A DNA stretch of 64,000 nt from Mobula hypostoma (taxonomy: Eukaryota), in the NCBI RefSeq assembly GCF_963921235.1, contig NC_086106.1:53072001-53136000 (forward strand), read 5' to 3'. Positions 13,006 to 23,687 of this stretch are shown piece after piece. A model generated the notes under the pieces. The model did not search any database. It was not told where the DNA came from and worked only from the letters and a program-made list of their open reading frames with translations. The translations under genes were made by a program, and so were the position numbers. The number at the start of each line of letters is the position of its first letter. The first letter of the stretch is position 1.

Positions 13006-14149
13006 TTCCTGGTATGTGAGGCCATATTGGAGACTCAAGAACATCCTGGAGTTAGGAGAGTGAATTTCTACTTATAGTGAAGAGTTGAAATTGGGGCCTC
13101 CAGAGTGTTAAATAACTGAACAGTCAGTGTGCCTCTGGAGTAGTATTGGTGGGTAGGAGAATGGGAAGGTGAGTTTGTTGTCTGGGGGAGGTGGTGTGTT
13201 TGGTCATGAGGATATAAGATAAATAATAGGATGTGGTTATTGAAGTTCCAGGCCAGCATACACAATAATCTTTGCAGTTACCAACAGATGGTCTAATTTT
13301 TTCAGCAATGCTTCAGGAGTTCTGAATGGGAATTGCCATCTGATATGTGTGCTTCGAAAGCAGGAAGTGTCCAGTAAAGTTTATAGGGTTTTGTGAAAGA
13401 CATGGGGAAAGTCTCAAATAAACTGCAATGTAATCACATTGTTGAACCTCATCAGCACTTTTTCTAAATCCTTGCAAGGTCAAAAAAAGTCACACTAGTA
13501 CTGAACAAAGAATATCACATACTTCTATCATTAATGACGCGCAGTAAGCAAATGTAAAAATGAGTTTTCTTACTAGATTACACCAATGATATTGAGGTGA
13601 GTAACAAGATCACCTGTTTGTTCCTTGGTGAATCAGAATTTTATGGAGAAATGAGTTTCAGTTCTACAGCATTGGTTCTGATTGAAGGAGGAATGTAAAT
13701 CAGGTAAATATGCCTATGATTTTGTTTTTAAGGCCACGATATTTGAGTCCTTAGACAAAGGGATGGTATCAGTGGATAAGAAGATGGAAAAAGTAACATA
13801 CTAATTTAAAAATGAAGCGACTATGGTCAGCCAATCCAATAACAGTGATAGGAAAACTTAACAATAATTTCCTGCAGACTTCTATTGACATCTTAAAAAA
13901 TGAGCTATTTGATAGAAGTTGGTGTGCATGGAAAGACAAATTACATTTTACCAATGTGAAGTCCTTTGATGAAAGGGTAGCCTGGTTGACCTACTTATAT
14001 GAACTTTAAAAATACCTTAGTCAAAAGTACCACGTCATATACTTCTAAGAGTTTGAAGGTAAAGTAGCAATGTACTGTAGCGTGAATACAAAACCAAAAA
14101 GGTTAGAAAACAAAGCAGCATTGAGTAAATTGTCTCCTGCATCATCACC

Positions 14150-15680
14150 AATTGCATCGATTCTGGAGATTTCCCATCCATGCCACCAATTTCATATTTC
14201 CCTTACCCTACAATGCTTGTCTCCCCGAAGTCATGGGGTAGCAATGGACACCCACATGGGCTCTGGCTATTACCGCATTTTCGTTTGCTACATAGAACAG
14301 TCCATGTTCCAAGCCTTCCCTTGTAATGCTCCTCAACTCTATTGCGCTACATCGAAGACTGCATTGCTGATCTCGTCAATTTCATCAACTTTGCCTCCAA
14401 TTTCCACGCTGTCCTTAATTCACTTGGTCCATCTTGACACCTCCCTCCCCTTTCCCAATCTCTCTGCCAACATCTCTGGAGACAAACTGTCCACTGATGT
14501 CCTTATAAACCTACTGATTCCCACGTCTAACTTGGCTATACCTCTTCCTAACCTGTCTCCTGTAAAAATGCTATTCCCCTTTCTCAGTTCTTTTGTCTCT
14601 ACTGCATCTGTTCCCAGGATGAGACTTTTCCTTTCCAGGACAACAGAGATGTATTCCTTCTTCAAACAGTGGGGTTTTCCTTCCTCCATCATTAATGATG
14701 CACTTATCTATGTCTCCTCTGTTTCCCAGACACCTGTGCTTACCCCATCTTCCTACCACGTTAACAGTGAATCTTAACAGTGTTCCTCTTGTCCACACTA
14801 CCATCCCGTGATCTTTGCATCTAAAACATCATTCTCCCCTACTTCCACCATCTCCAATGGGATCTTACACCAAACACATCTTTACGTCCCTCCTGATCTC
14901 TGCTTTCTGCAGGGATCACCTTGTTCAATTGTCTTTCCCCACTAATCTTCTTACCAACACTTATGTCTGCAAGTGACCAAAGTGCTACATCTGCCCATTC
15001 ACCTCCTCCCTTACCTCCATTCAGGATCCCAGATAGTCCTTCCAGGTGAGGCAATATTTCACCTGTGAATCTGTTGGGGTAATCTATTGTATCCAGTGCT
15101 TCAGATACAGCCTCCTCTACATTGCTGAGACCTGATGTAAATTGGTGGACTACTTTGTCGATCACTGCCAAAAGTGGAATTTCCCAGTGGTCAACCATTT
15201 TAGTTCGTATTCCATTCCCATTCCGTGAAGTGTCCACTCTCAGAGTGGAGAAGCAACACCACATATTCCGTCTAGGTAGCCTCCAACCTGATGGTATGAA
15301 CATTGATTTCTTCTTCCTATAATTTTTTGCCCTCCCCCTTCCCTCCTCTTCTATTCCCCACTCTGGCCTCTTACCTCTTCTCTTCACCTGCCTATCATGT
15401 CACCCTGGTGCCCCTTCCTCTTCCTTTCTCCCATGGTCCACTCCCCTCTCCTATCTGATTCCTTCTTCTGCAGCCCTTTACCTTTTCCCACCCACTTGGT
15501 GTCATCTATCACCTTCCAGCTAGTCCTCCTCCTCCTCCTCCCCACACCGTTTTATTCTAGCGATTTTCCCCCTTCCTTTCCAGTCCTGGAGAAGGGTCTT
15601 AGCCCGAAACATCAACTCTGTATTCTTTTCCACTGATCCTGCCTGTTCTGCTGAATTCCTCCTGTATTTTGGGTGTGTTG
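14150..15680 (+). mobile_element. Penelope-like element relic (RT, GIY-YIG, terminal repeat)
   Basis: GVAMDTHMGSGY (PLE RT GxxMG motif), LPFPNL, a TCESVGVIYCIQC...LLYI GIY-YIG region, EKQHHIFRLGSLQPDGMNIDF, a pyrimidine-rich tract and a hammerhead-like terminus. Confidence 0.88.
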
Positions 15681-16750
15681 TATCCATGGAAAGGAATAAA
15701 CAGTCAACATCTCGGGCCAAGAACCTTCATCAGGATTGGATTGGAAAGGAAAAGAGAAGAAGCCAGAATAAGGTGATGGGGAGAGGGGAAGGAATATAAG
15801 ATAGCAGCTGATAGCTGAACCCGGGTGAGGGGGAAGGTGGGTGGATGAAGAGTGTACAATGAAGTGAGAAGCTGGGAGGTGATGGAGAAAGAGGTGAGGG
15901 GCTGCAGAAGAAGGAATCTGATAACAGAGAACAATAGAACTTTGTGGGAGGAGGGGAAAGAGGAGATGCATGAGAGGGAGGTGATTGGCTGATGAGGACA
16001 AGGGGTAAAATGGGAACCAGGTTGTGGAATGGATAAAGAGAAGGATGATGGGGGAGAAATAGTGGTGAGAAAGGAATTGTAGGGGCAGGTGTTGCACCTC
16101 CCCACTTGCAGAGTTAAGTGCCATGAGGGAGGAGTGGACAAAGTAGTAACGTAGAGAACAAACCCCACAGAAAGCAGAAAATTGGAGGGTGGAAGAGAAA
16201 GATGTGTTTAGTTGTAGGATCACTTTGAAGACAGTGGAAATTATAGAGAATGATGTGCTGGATATGGAAGCTCGTGAGCTGATAGTTAAGGACAAGGGGA
16301 GCTTAATCCCTGTTATGGTGACAGAGGTATGAAGTGAGAGCGAATATCCGGGAAATGGAGAAGATGCGGGTGAGGGAAGCATAGATGGTAGAGGAAGAGA
16401 AACCCCATTCTTTGAAAAAAAGAGAACATCCCAGATGTTCTGGAATGGAATGCTTCATTATGAGAACAGGTGCGGTAGTGATGGAGGAACTGAGAAAATG
16501 GAATAGCATTTTCACAAGTGACAGACTAGGAAGAGGTATGGACAAGGTAGCTGTGACATTCAGAGATGGAGACAAGAGAAATTGAGTAAGAGGGAGAGAT
16601 AGCAGAGATGGACCAAGTAAATCTGAGGGCAGGTGGAAGTTGGAGGCAGAATTGATGAAATTGGATGAGCGCAGCACCAACGAAGCAATAAGTCATCAAT
16701 GTAGTCATCAATGAAAGGAATTAGGGAGCATTCTAGTGTAGGTTTGAAAC
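15681..16750 (-). mobile_element. Penelope-like element relic, inverted relative to its neighbour
   Basis: Minus strand reads FIDDYIDD, FINSASNFH and FFKEWGFSSS. Its purine-rich tract is the reverse complement of the PLE 3' region. Confidence 0.85.
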
Positions 16751-16754
16751 ATGC

Positions 16755-17265
16755 TCTCCCCACTACTGAGCACAATTACACAGGGCGCTGTCCCAGATAA
16801 GCAGCATCCATCATCAAAGGCCACCCCCCCCACCATCCAGGTCATGCTCTCTTCTCACTGCTACCATCAGAAAGAAGGTACAGGAGCCTCAGGTCCCACA
16901 CCACCAGGTTCAGGAATAGTTATCAGCCCTCAATCATCAGGCTCTTGAACTAGAAGGAATAACTTCACTCAGCCCATCACTGAACTGTTTCCACTGAACA
17001 GGACTCATTTTCAAGGATTCTTTATCACATGTTCTTGATATTTATTGCTTGTTTATTTATTAGCATTTCTTTTTTTTGTATTTGCAAAGTTACGTTTGTT
17101 TTTGCACATTGCTTGTTGTCCGTCTTGTTGGGGCTGGTCTTTCATTGATTTTATTGTGTTTCTTATATTTACTTTGGTTGCCTGCAAGAAAATGAATCTC
17201 GGGGTTGTGTATGGTGACATATATGCATGTACTATGATAATAAATTTACTTTGTACTTTGAACTT
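16755..17265 (+). mobile_element. Rex1-type LINE 3' end
   Basis: gcagcatccatcatcaaag...ccatccaggtcatgctctcttctc...aggtacaggagcctc, then a 3' UTR ending aataaatttactttgtactttgaac. Confidence 0.8.
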
Positions 17266-17685
17266 ACTTATCTTGTTGGTTAGACTGCAAGGACTCATAA
17301 GTAGCAGGCAGTAAATTAGATGTGCCTGAATTGAGTTTCAAGTTTCTTTTCCTTTTCACTGTCCTTTTGGTGTTGGAAAATTTCTATGCAGTAAGTTCCT
17401 TTGTTGCTTCTTGCACAAAATTGTTTGGTACCAATTTGCTTCTATTCTCACAACACACTGTTCCTGCTGATGTGCACTTTTTCAAAATGGTAATTGAAAA
17501 AACTTGCTTAACGTACATAATCTTTGATATGATTTACACATTTTTAAAGCTGCATCATGGAATAATGTAAAAATGCTGAGCCGCTGAAAGACTAATTAGT
17601 TGGATCGCTATACTGCCTTCTGTGGTATAGAAGGCAACTTTCATTTAATTTCATTGTATTAATTTCTCCATTACTCTCTTTGCAG

Positions 17686-17827
17686 ATCTCTAGTCGAAGA
17701 GGAGGATCCTCATCTAAAAGTGTCTTTGGCAAGTGGAGACATGGGTGTGACAACCCATTTGCAGTCTTCAAAGACGGGCAATACTCGCTTCTTCACGAGC
17801 AATACCCATAGTTCTGCAGTGCTACAG
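17686..17827 (+). CDS. KLHL13: KLHL13 coding exon (N-terminal region, 142 bp, phase 2 in / phase 0 out)
   Basis: Polypyrimidine tract plus tgcAG acceptor and CAG|gtatcc donor. Translates [48 protein letters not shown], matching the KLHL13/KLHL9 N-terminus. Missed by the ORF track. Confidence 0.95.
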
Positions 17828-17939
17828 GTATCCCATTTAGAGATAGCTTTCATCAATAATGGTCTAACATTTATTATTTATGACCTCTTCTAAAGAATAT
17901 TTATCACTGCATATTTCCTTGTTCTTGGATAACTTCAAC

Positions 17940-18671
17940 TTCAGAATCAAAATCAGATTCATTATCACTGACAAATTTGTTGTTTTGTGGCACCCTTATA
18001 ATGCACAGACATAAGAACTACTATGCATTACAAAATAAATAAATAGTGTCAAAAAAAGGAATAATGACATTATGTTCATGGACTCATGAACCATTCAGAA
18101 ATATGATGGTGGAGGGAAAGAAGCTGCTTCTATTGAGTGTGGGTCTTCAGGCTCCTTTACCTTCTCCTTGATGGTAGTAATTAGAAAAGAGCATATCCTT
18201 GATGGAAGAGAGGGTTGTGCTATGATGGAGTTGGCTGAGTCTTTTACCCTCTGCAACCCCTCCTGATCCTGTGCACTGGTGGCTTCATACCAGACTGTCA
18301 TGTAACCGATCAGAATACTCTCCAGTATACATCTATAGAAATTTGTGAGATTCCTTGGTAACATACCAAATCTCCTCAAATTCCTAACACAGCAGAACCA
18401 GTGGTATGTGTTCTTTATGATTGCATCAATATATTGGGCCCAGGATTAATCTTTTGAGATATTGCCACCCAGAAATTTGAAGCTGCTCACTCTTTCCACT
18501 GAGGACCTGTCTGTGTTATCTTAGTTTCCCTTTCACAAAGTCTGCAAAAAGTTCCTTGCTCTTGCTGATGTTAAGTATAAAGTTGTTGTTACAACATCAC
18601 TCAACTAGTTCAACTATCTCACTCCTGTACCAACATCTGAGATTCTGCCAATAACAGTGGTGTCATCTGCA
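17940..18671 (-). mobile_element. Rex1-type LINE 3' fragment
   Basis: Minus-strand peptide RRFGMLPRNLTNFYRCILESILIGYMTVWY and an (attctg)n-type tail. Confidence 0.85.
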
Positions 18672-18673
18672 TA

Positions 18674-18775
18674 CAGTGCCTTGTAAGATTATTCAGCCCC
18701 AACCCTTTACTCACATAAGTGAGTATTACAACCAGGGATTATGATCAATTTAACTGAGAAATTTTATTTGTGAAT
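18674..18775 (-). mobile_element. Orphan terminal fragment of the Tc1 family found at 47794-49333
   Basis: TA then CAGTGCCTTGTAAGATTATTCAGCCCCAACCCTTT...; this is the reverse complement of about 49230-49333. Confidence 0.8.
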
Positions 18776-20222
18776 TGGATTTTATTTGCTCCCAACTGTT
18801 CCTCTGCTACATTGACGACTGCATTGGTACTGCTTCAGGCACCCATGCTAAGCTCATCAGTTTCATCAACTTTGCCTCTAACTTCCACGCTGCCCTTAAA
18901 TTCACTCAGTCCATTTCTGACCCCTCTCTCCCCTTACTCGATCTCTCTGTCTCCATCTCTGAAGACAAACTATCAACCAACATCTTTTATAAACCTATTA
19001 TTCCCATGGTTATCCTGACAATACCTCTTTCCATCTTGTCTCTTTTAAAAATGCTATTCTCTTGTCTCAGTTTCTTTGCCTCCACTGCATCTGTTCCTAG
19101 AATGTGGCTTTCCTTTCCAGGACGTTAGAGGAGTCCTCCTCCTTCAAAGAAAGGGATTTCCCTTCCTCTACCATTGATACTGCCCTCACCCACATCTCTT
19201 CCATTTCCTGAATATCTGTAGTCACCCCATCTTCCTGCTGCCTCAACAGTGTTAGAGCACCTCATGTACTTACCTACCATCTCATGAGCCTCCGCATCTA
19301 ATACATCAATCTCCAAATCTTCTGCCATCTCCTAAGCAATCCTACCACTAAAATATCTTTACCCTCCCCCCCCCCCCAAAGCTCCACTTTCTGCAGGGAA
19401 TGTTCCCTCTGTGATTCATTTGTATGTCCATTTGTCCTTCCCCACTGGTCTCCCTCCCAGAACCTGTCCCTGCAAGCGGCTAATGTCTTCCATTTAGGGC
19501 CCCAAAAAAGTCCTTCCAGGTGAGGCAACGCTTCACCTGTGAATCTTCTGGATTGTTTGTTATGTCTGTTGCTTCTGATGCAGTCTCCTCTACATTGATG
19601 AGATCTGTTGTAAACTGGAGGACCACTTCATTGAACACCTCTGCTTCATTAACCAAAAGCAGAACTTCCTGGTGGCCGAACACTTCCCATTCCCATTCTG
19701 ACATGTCAATCCATGGCCTCCTCTTATAATACGATGAGGCCACCCTCAGGGTAAAGGAGCAACACCTTATATTCTGTCCGGATAGCCTCCAGCCTAATGG
19801 CATAAATATCAATTTCTCCTTCCAGTTTAAAAAAAATTCCCTCCCCTTCCCCTGTTCTTCTATTCCCCACCCTGACCTCTTATCTCTTCTCACCTGCCTA
19901 TCACCTCCACCCTCCTCTGCCCCCCCCACCCCATGCTTCCTTCTCCTTACCTTTCTCCTGTGGTTCACCTCCTCTCCTATCAGATTCCTTTCTCTCCAGC
20001 CTTTTACCTTTCCTATCTACCTAGCTTCACCTATCACCTAGCTATCCTCCATCCCCTCTCTATCTTTTCTTCCTGGCATCTTCCCCCTCCCTGAAGAATA
20101 GTCTCGGTTCAAAATGTTGACTATTTATTCATTTCCATGGATGCAACTTCACTTGCTAAGCTCCCCAGCATTTTGTGTGTGTTATTTTGGATTTCCAGCA
20201 TCTGTTGAATTTCTCATGGTTA
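18776..20222 (+). mobile_element. Penelope-like element relic
   Basis: LFLCYIDDCIG, FINFASNFH, LPLLDLSV, STNIFYKP and RQRFTCESS (GIY-YIG region), then the PLE terminus. Confidence 0.88.
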
Positions 20223-21197
20223 TGTTATACTGTCAACGGTTGTTTCAACTGATTGAGAACTATAATGCATGCAGTTTAATTGTTTCCACATAACTGGGCT
20301 GTGCTTTATTTGGTCTTTGTGATTCGAATTGATCCCAGTGATTATGTATTCATAGGTTAGTGTCTTCATTTGTTTTGTGCATCACTTCTTTGAGCTTTTT
20401 AATAAATAAGAAGTGCATCGAGGACGGCCAGGTGGGAATACCTTTCATTTATAGGGAAAGAAAGAAATATCTTAGCACTTGCAGAAAACTCTTGCTTTTA
20501 TTAAAACCAAAAATATTTTTAGGTGTGAGATCATAATGTAGCTACAGATACATGTGTCAAGTGATCATTATTGGGAAGCAAGTGTGCAAACTGGACTGTA
20601 ATGTTGATACAAGTTGTAAAATTTATGTTGGTACTAGTTAGAAGCTGGGATGCACAGGGTTTGTGAAAGCATATTTCCGATTGAATCCTTTTGTGTCAAT
20701 GCAAAACAGGACATGTATTTGTGTGTTTTTCTGACAGCCGAAAGAATCATCTTTGGCTCTTCTGGAAAGATGCACAAGATGAGGCTAAGGTCATCTTGCT
20801 TTTTTGTTTACTATCTAATTCAATCACTCTGCCGATTCCCAAATTTGATCTTGATACAAAATCAAGCAGTGGACAAGCTACAAGGCAAGCCCAAAACATT
20901 TCTTGCATATCTTGAAAGGACGACTTTTGTGTCTTTGTTCAACATCAACTTTAAGGCGTGCAGTGCCAGAGCCAGATCAGCTGAAGCTTTGCATAATACT
21001 GTATCATTCCTAAAAAACGAGCATAACACTGAAACATTTGTATATATCCTCATGTTCATAAAGGCTTTCGTTTTCTCCTTGACCTGACTATGAATTTTGC
21101 ACAATATCCAAGTCTGTACATCCATTTGTGAGAGAATGGAGCATGCTTTTGATTCCCCATGCCACTGGATCAAGATCTCACTCTATTAAATCCCTAG

Positions 21198-21292
21198 CAA
21201 CGCACGTAAAATGCGGGAGGAGCTCAGCAGGCCAGGCAGCATCTATAGAAAAGAGTAAACAGTCAACATTTCAGGCTGAGACCCTTCATCAG
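21198..21292 (-). mobile_element. Penelope terminal fragment containing a hammerhead-like motif
   Basis: Minus strand reads ctgatgaagggtctcagcctgaaatgttgactg...gatgctgcctggcctgctgagctcc. Confidence 0.75.
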
Positions 21293-22216
21293 AGGGGGAC
21301 CAATATTCTTCCGGGCAGATTTACTAGAGCTGTTGGAGTAGTTTAAACTAATATGGCAGGGGTATGGGAGCCAGTATGATGAAGTTGAGGATGAACCAGC
21401 AGGTTTACAAGTAGATGATGGGTGTAACAATAATGTAAGGAAGGACAAGTCAATGATTGAGTACAAATGCAGTCAGAGCAAAGAGTTAAATGGTACCTCA
21501 GAGGCAAATTTCAAAAAGGCAAAGAATGCAGGACTGGAGGTGCTGTATTTAAATGTGCAGAACGTTCGGAATAAGGTGGATGAACTCATGGTTCAATTCG
21601 AGATTGGTCAGTATGACGTTGTGGACATCACTGAATCGTGACTGAAAGAAGGCCATGGTTGGGAGCTTAACATCAAAGGATATACTTTGTATCGAAAGGA
21701 CAGGCGGGAAGGCATAGGCGGTGGTGTGTCTCTGTTGGTAAGAGATGGAATTGCATCTTTAGAAAGAGGTGACATAGGGTCAGAGAATGCTGAATCTTTG
21801 TGGTGGAGTTAAGAAATTGCAAGCGTAAAAAAAATCATTATGGGAATCATATAGGCCTCCAAATAGTAGCCAAGATGTGGGGCTGGGATTGCAAAGGGAG
21901 CTGGAAAAGACACATAATAAGGATAATGACACAGTTGTAATGGGGGACTTCAATATGCAAGGGGGTTGGGAAAATCAGGTTGGTGTTGGATCACAAGAGA
22001 GGGAATTTGTTGAATACCTATGAGATGGCTTTTTAGAGCAGCTTGTGCTTGAGCCTACTCAGGGAAAGGCTATCTTAGATTGGGTGTTCAGTAATAACCC
22101 AGATCTTATGAAAGAGCTTAATGTAAAGGAACCCTTAGGAGGTAGTGATCATAATATGTTTGAATTCACACTGCAATTTGAGAAGGAGAAACACAAATCA
22201 AATGTATCAGTATCAC

Positions 22217-22742
22217 GCAAACACGAGGAATTCTGCAGATGCTGGAAATTCAAGCAACACACATCAAAGTTGCTGGTGAACTTTCCCAGGGCTGAAATGG
22301 TTGCCACAAGAGGACACAGGTTTAAGGTGCTAGGGAGTAGGTACAGAGGAGATGCCAGGGGTAAGTTTTTATTCAGAGAGTGGTGAGTGCGTGGAATGGG
22401 CTGCCGGCAACGGTGGTGGAGGCAGATACGATAGGGTCTTTTTAGAGACTTTTAGATTGGTACATGGAGCTTAGAAAAATAGAGGGCTATAGGTAAGCCT
22501 AGTAATTTCTAAGGTAGGCACATGTTCGGCACAACTTTGTGGGCTGAAGGGCCTGTATTGTGCTGTAGATTTTCTTTTTTTTGTATGTTTCTATGAACGC
22601 AGCAGGCCAGGCAACATCTCTAGGAAGAGGTACAGTCGACGTTTCGGGCTGAAACCCTGACGAAGGGTCTTGGCCTGAAACGTCGACTGTACCTCTTCCC
22701 AGAGATGCTGCCTGGCCTGCTGCGTTCACCAGCAACTTTGTG
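22217..22742 (-). mobile_element. Fold-back mini-Penelope insertion (interrupted by a CR1 3' fragment)
   Basis: TSD tgtatcagt(a/g)tcac (22203-22216, 22743-22756). Inverted arms surround about 22655. Confidence 0.85.
22282..22593 (+). mobile_element. 5'-truncated young CR1 3' end nested in the mini-Penelope
   Basis: FPRAEMVATRGHRFKV peptide, a tgtttcta-type tail, and flanking duplication tgaac (22277-22281, 22594-22598). Confidence 0.85.
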
Positions 22743-22988
22743 TGTATCAGTGTCACAATGGAATAAAGGGAATTACAGAGGCATGAGAGAGGAGCTTGCC
22801 CAGGTGGATTGGAGAGAGATATTGGTTGGGATGACGGCAGAGCAGAGGTGACTGAAGTTTCTGAGAATGGTTCACAAGACGCAGGATAAATAGGTCCCAT
22901 AGAAAAAGTTGTTCTCAACTGACAGGGCTAGGCAACTGTGGCTGACAAGGGAAGTTTATAATTGCATAAAAAGAAAGGAAAGTGCATA

Positions 22989-23687
22989 TGTAGCCCCCTG
23001 GTAAGGCTCAGGCTCGCTCAGCTCACTTTCGTCTGGGGGGAGCAGCCTTCGGTCCGGCCAAACTGGGTAATCAAATTAGTGTGGATACTGTGTGATGTAC
23101 TCCACCCCGCCAAATTACAGACAATACACCATATGTGATTAAATGATTACACTTTATAGATCTTACTGTAACTACGTAATTAATAGAGATAAAATATAAA
23201 AGGAAAGTAAAGGGCACCAATCTTATCAAAGTTCAACCACTTCGTGCATGACAGCTGGAGCTCAATTAACGGAGTCCACTTTCCACCATTCGATCCCCTC
23301 CGAACTCCTCAACTCGCCGCCTGGGACCAACCACGGTGGTTGACTAGATGCTCCACACGAGTCTGTCTTCGTCTCCTCTCCTCGCCGAAAACCCTGGGCC
23401 TCAGACTCCTGCTCGGGATCCGTCCCACCACCCAGCTTACAGCATTGCGTCTCCTCTCTCTGTCCCCATCGCACCTTCTGCCTCAAAGCCCGTGCAAACA
23501 ATAGCTTACAGACACACAAGGAAGAATAACATCTATCCCAATTGGTTAGCAAATGAATACAATTCTCTTATCAGTACTATAACCCAAACAAGCTGCGAGA
23601 GAGGGAAGCACTTTCTCAGTAGTTAACATAAGAAAGAAGCCATTTTTATTAGCCTTGGCAGTAACATAAAAGAAGAAACCCCTTACA
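22989..23687 (-). mobile_element. Solo LTR (family B) nested in CR1
   Basis: TGTA...TACA ends and 4-bp TSD CATA (22985-22988, 23688-23691). The CR1 sequence is continuous across it. Strand is tentative. Confidence 0.88.

Noticed and set aside
13651-13710. Second donor (atcag|gtaaat, about 13703) as a coding first exon
   Set aside because: An in-frame TAA lies immediately before the donor, so it could only be non-coding.
14070-16382. Long ORFs (235 aa +, 256 aa -, 182 aa -) as host genes
   Set aside because: They are frameshifted Penelope fragments and low-complexity pyrimidine/purine tracts.
20650-21087. 145-aa ORF as a nested gene
   Set aside because: No recognisable domain, overlapping ORFs in other frames, and composition consistent with a chance ORF.
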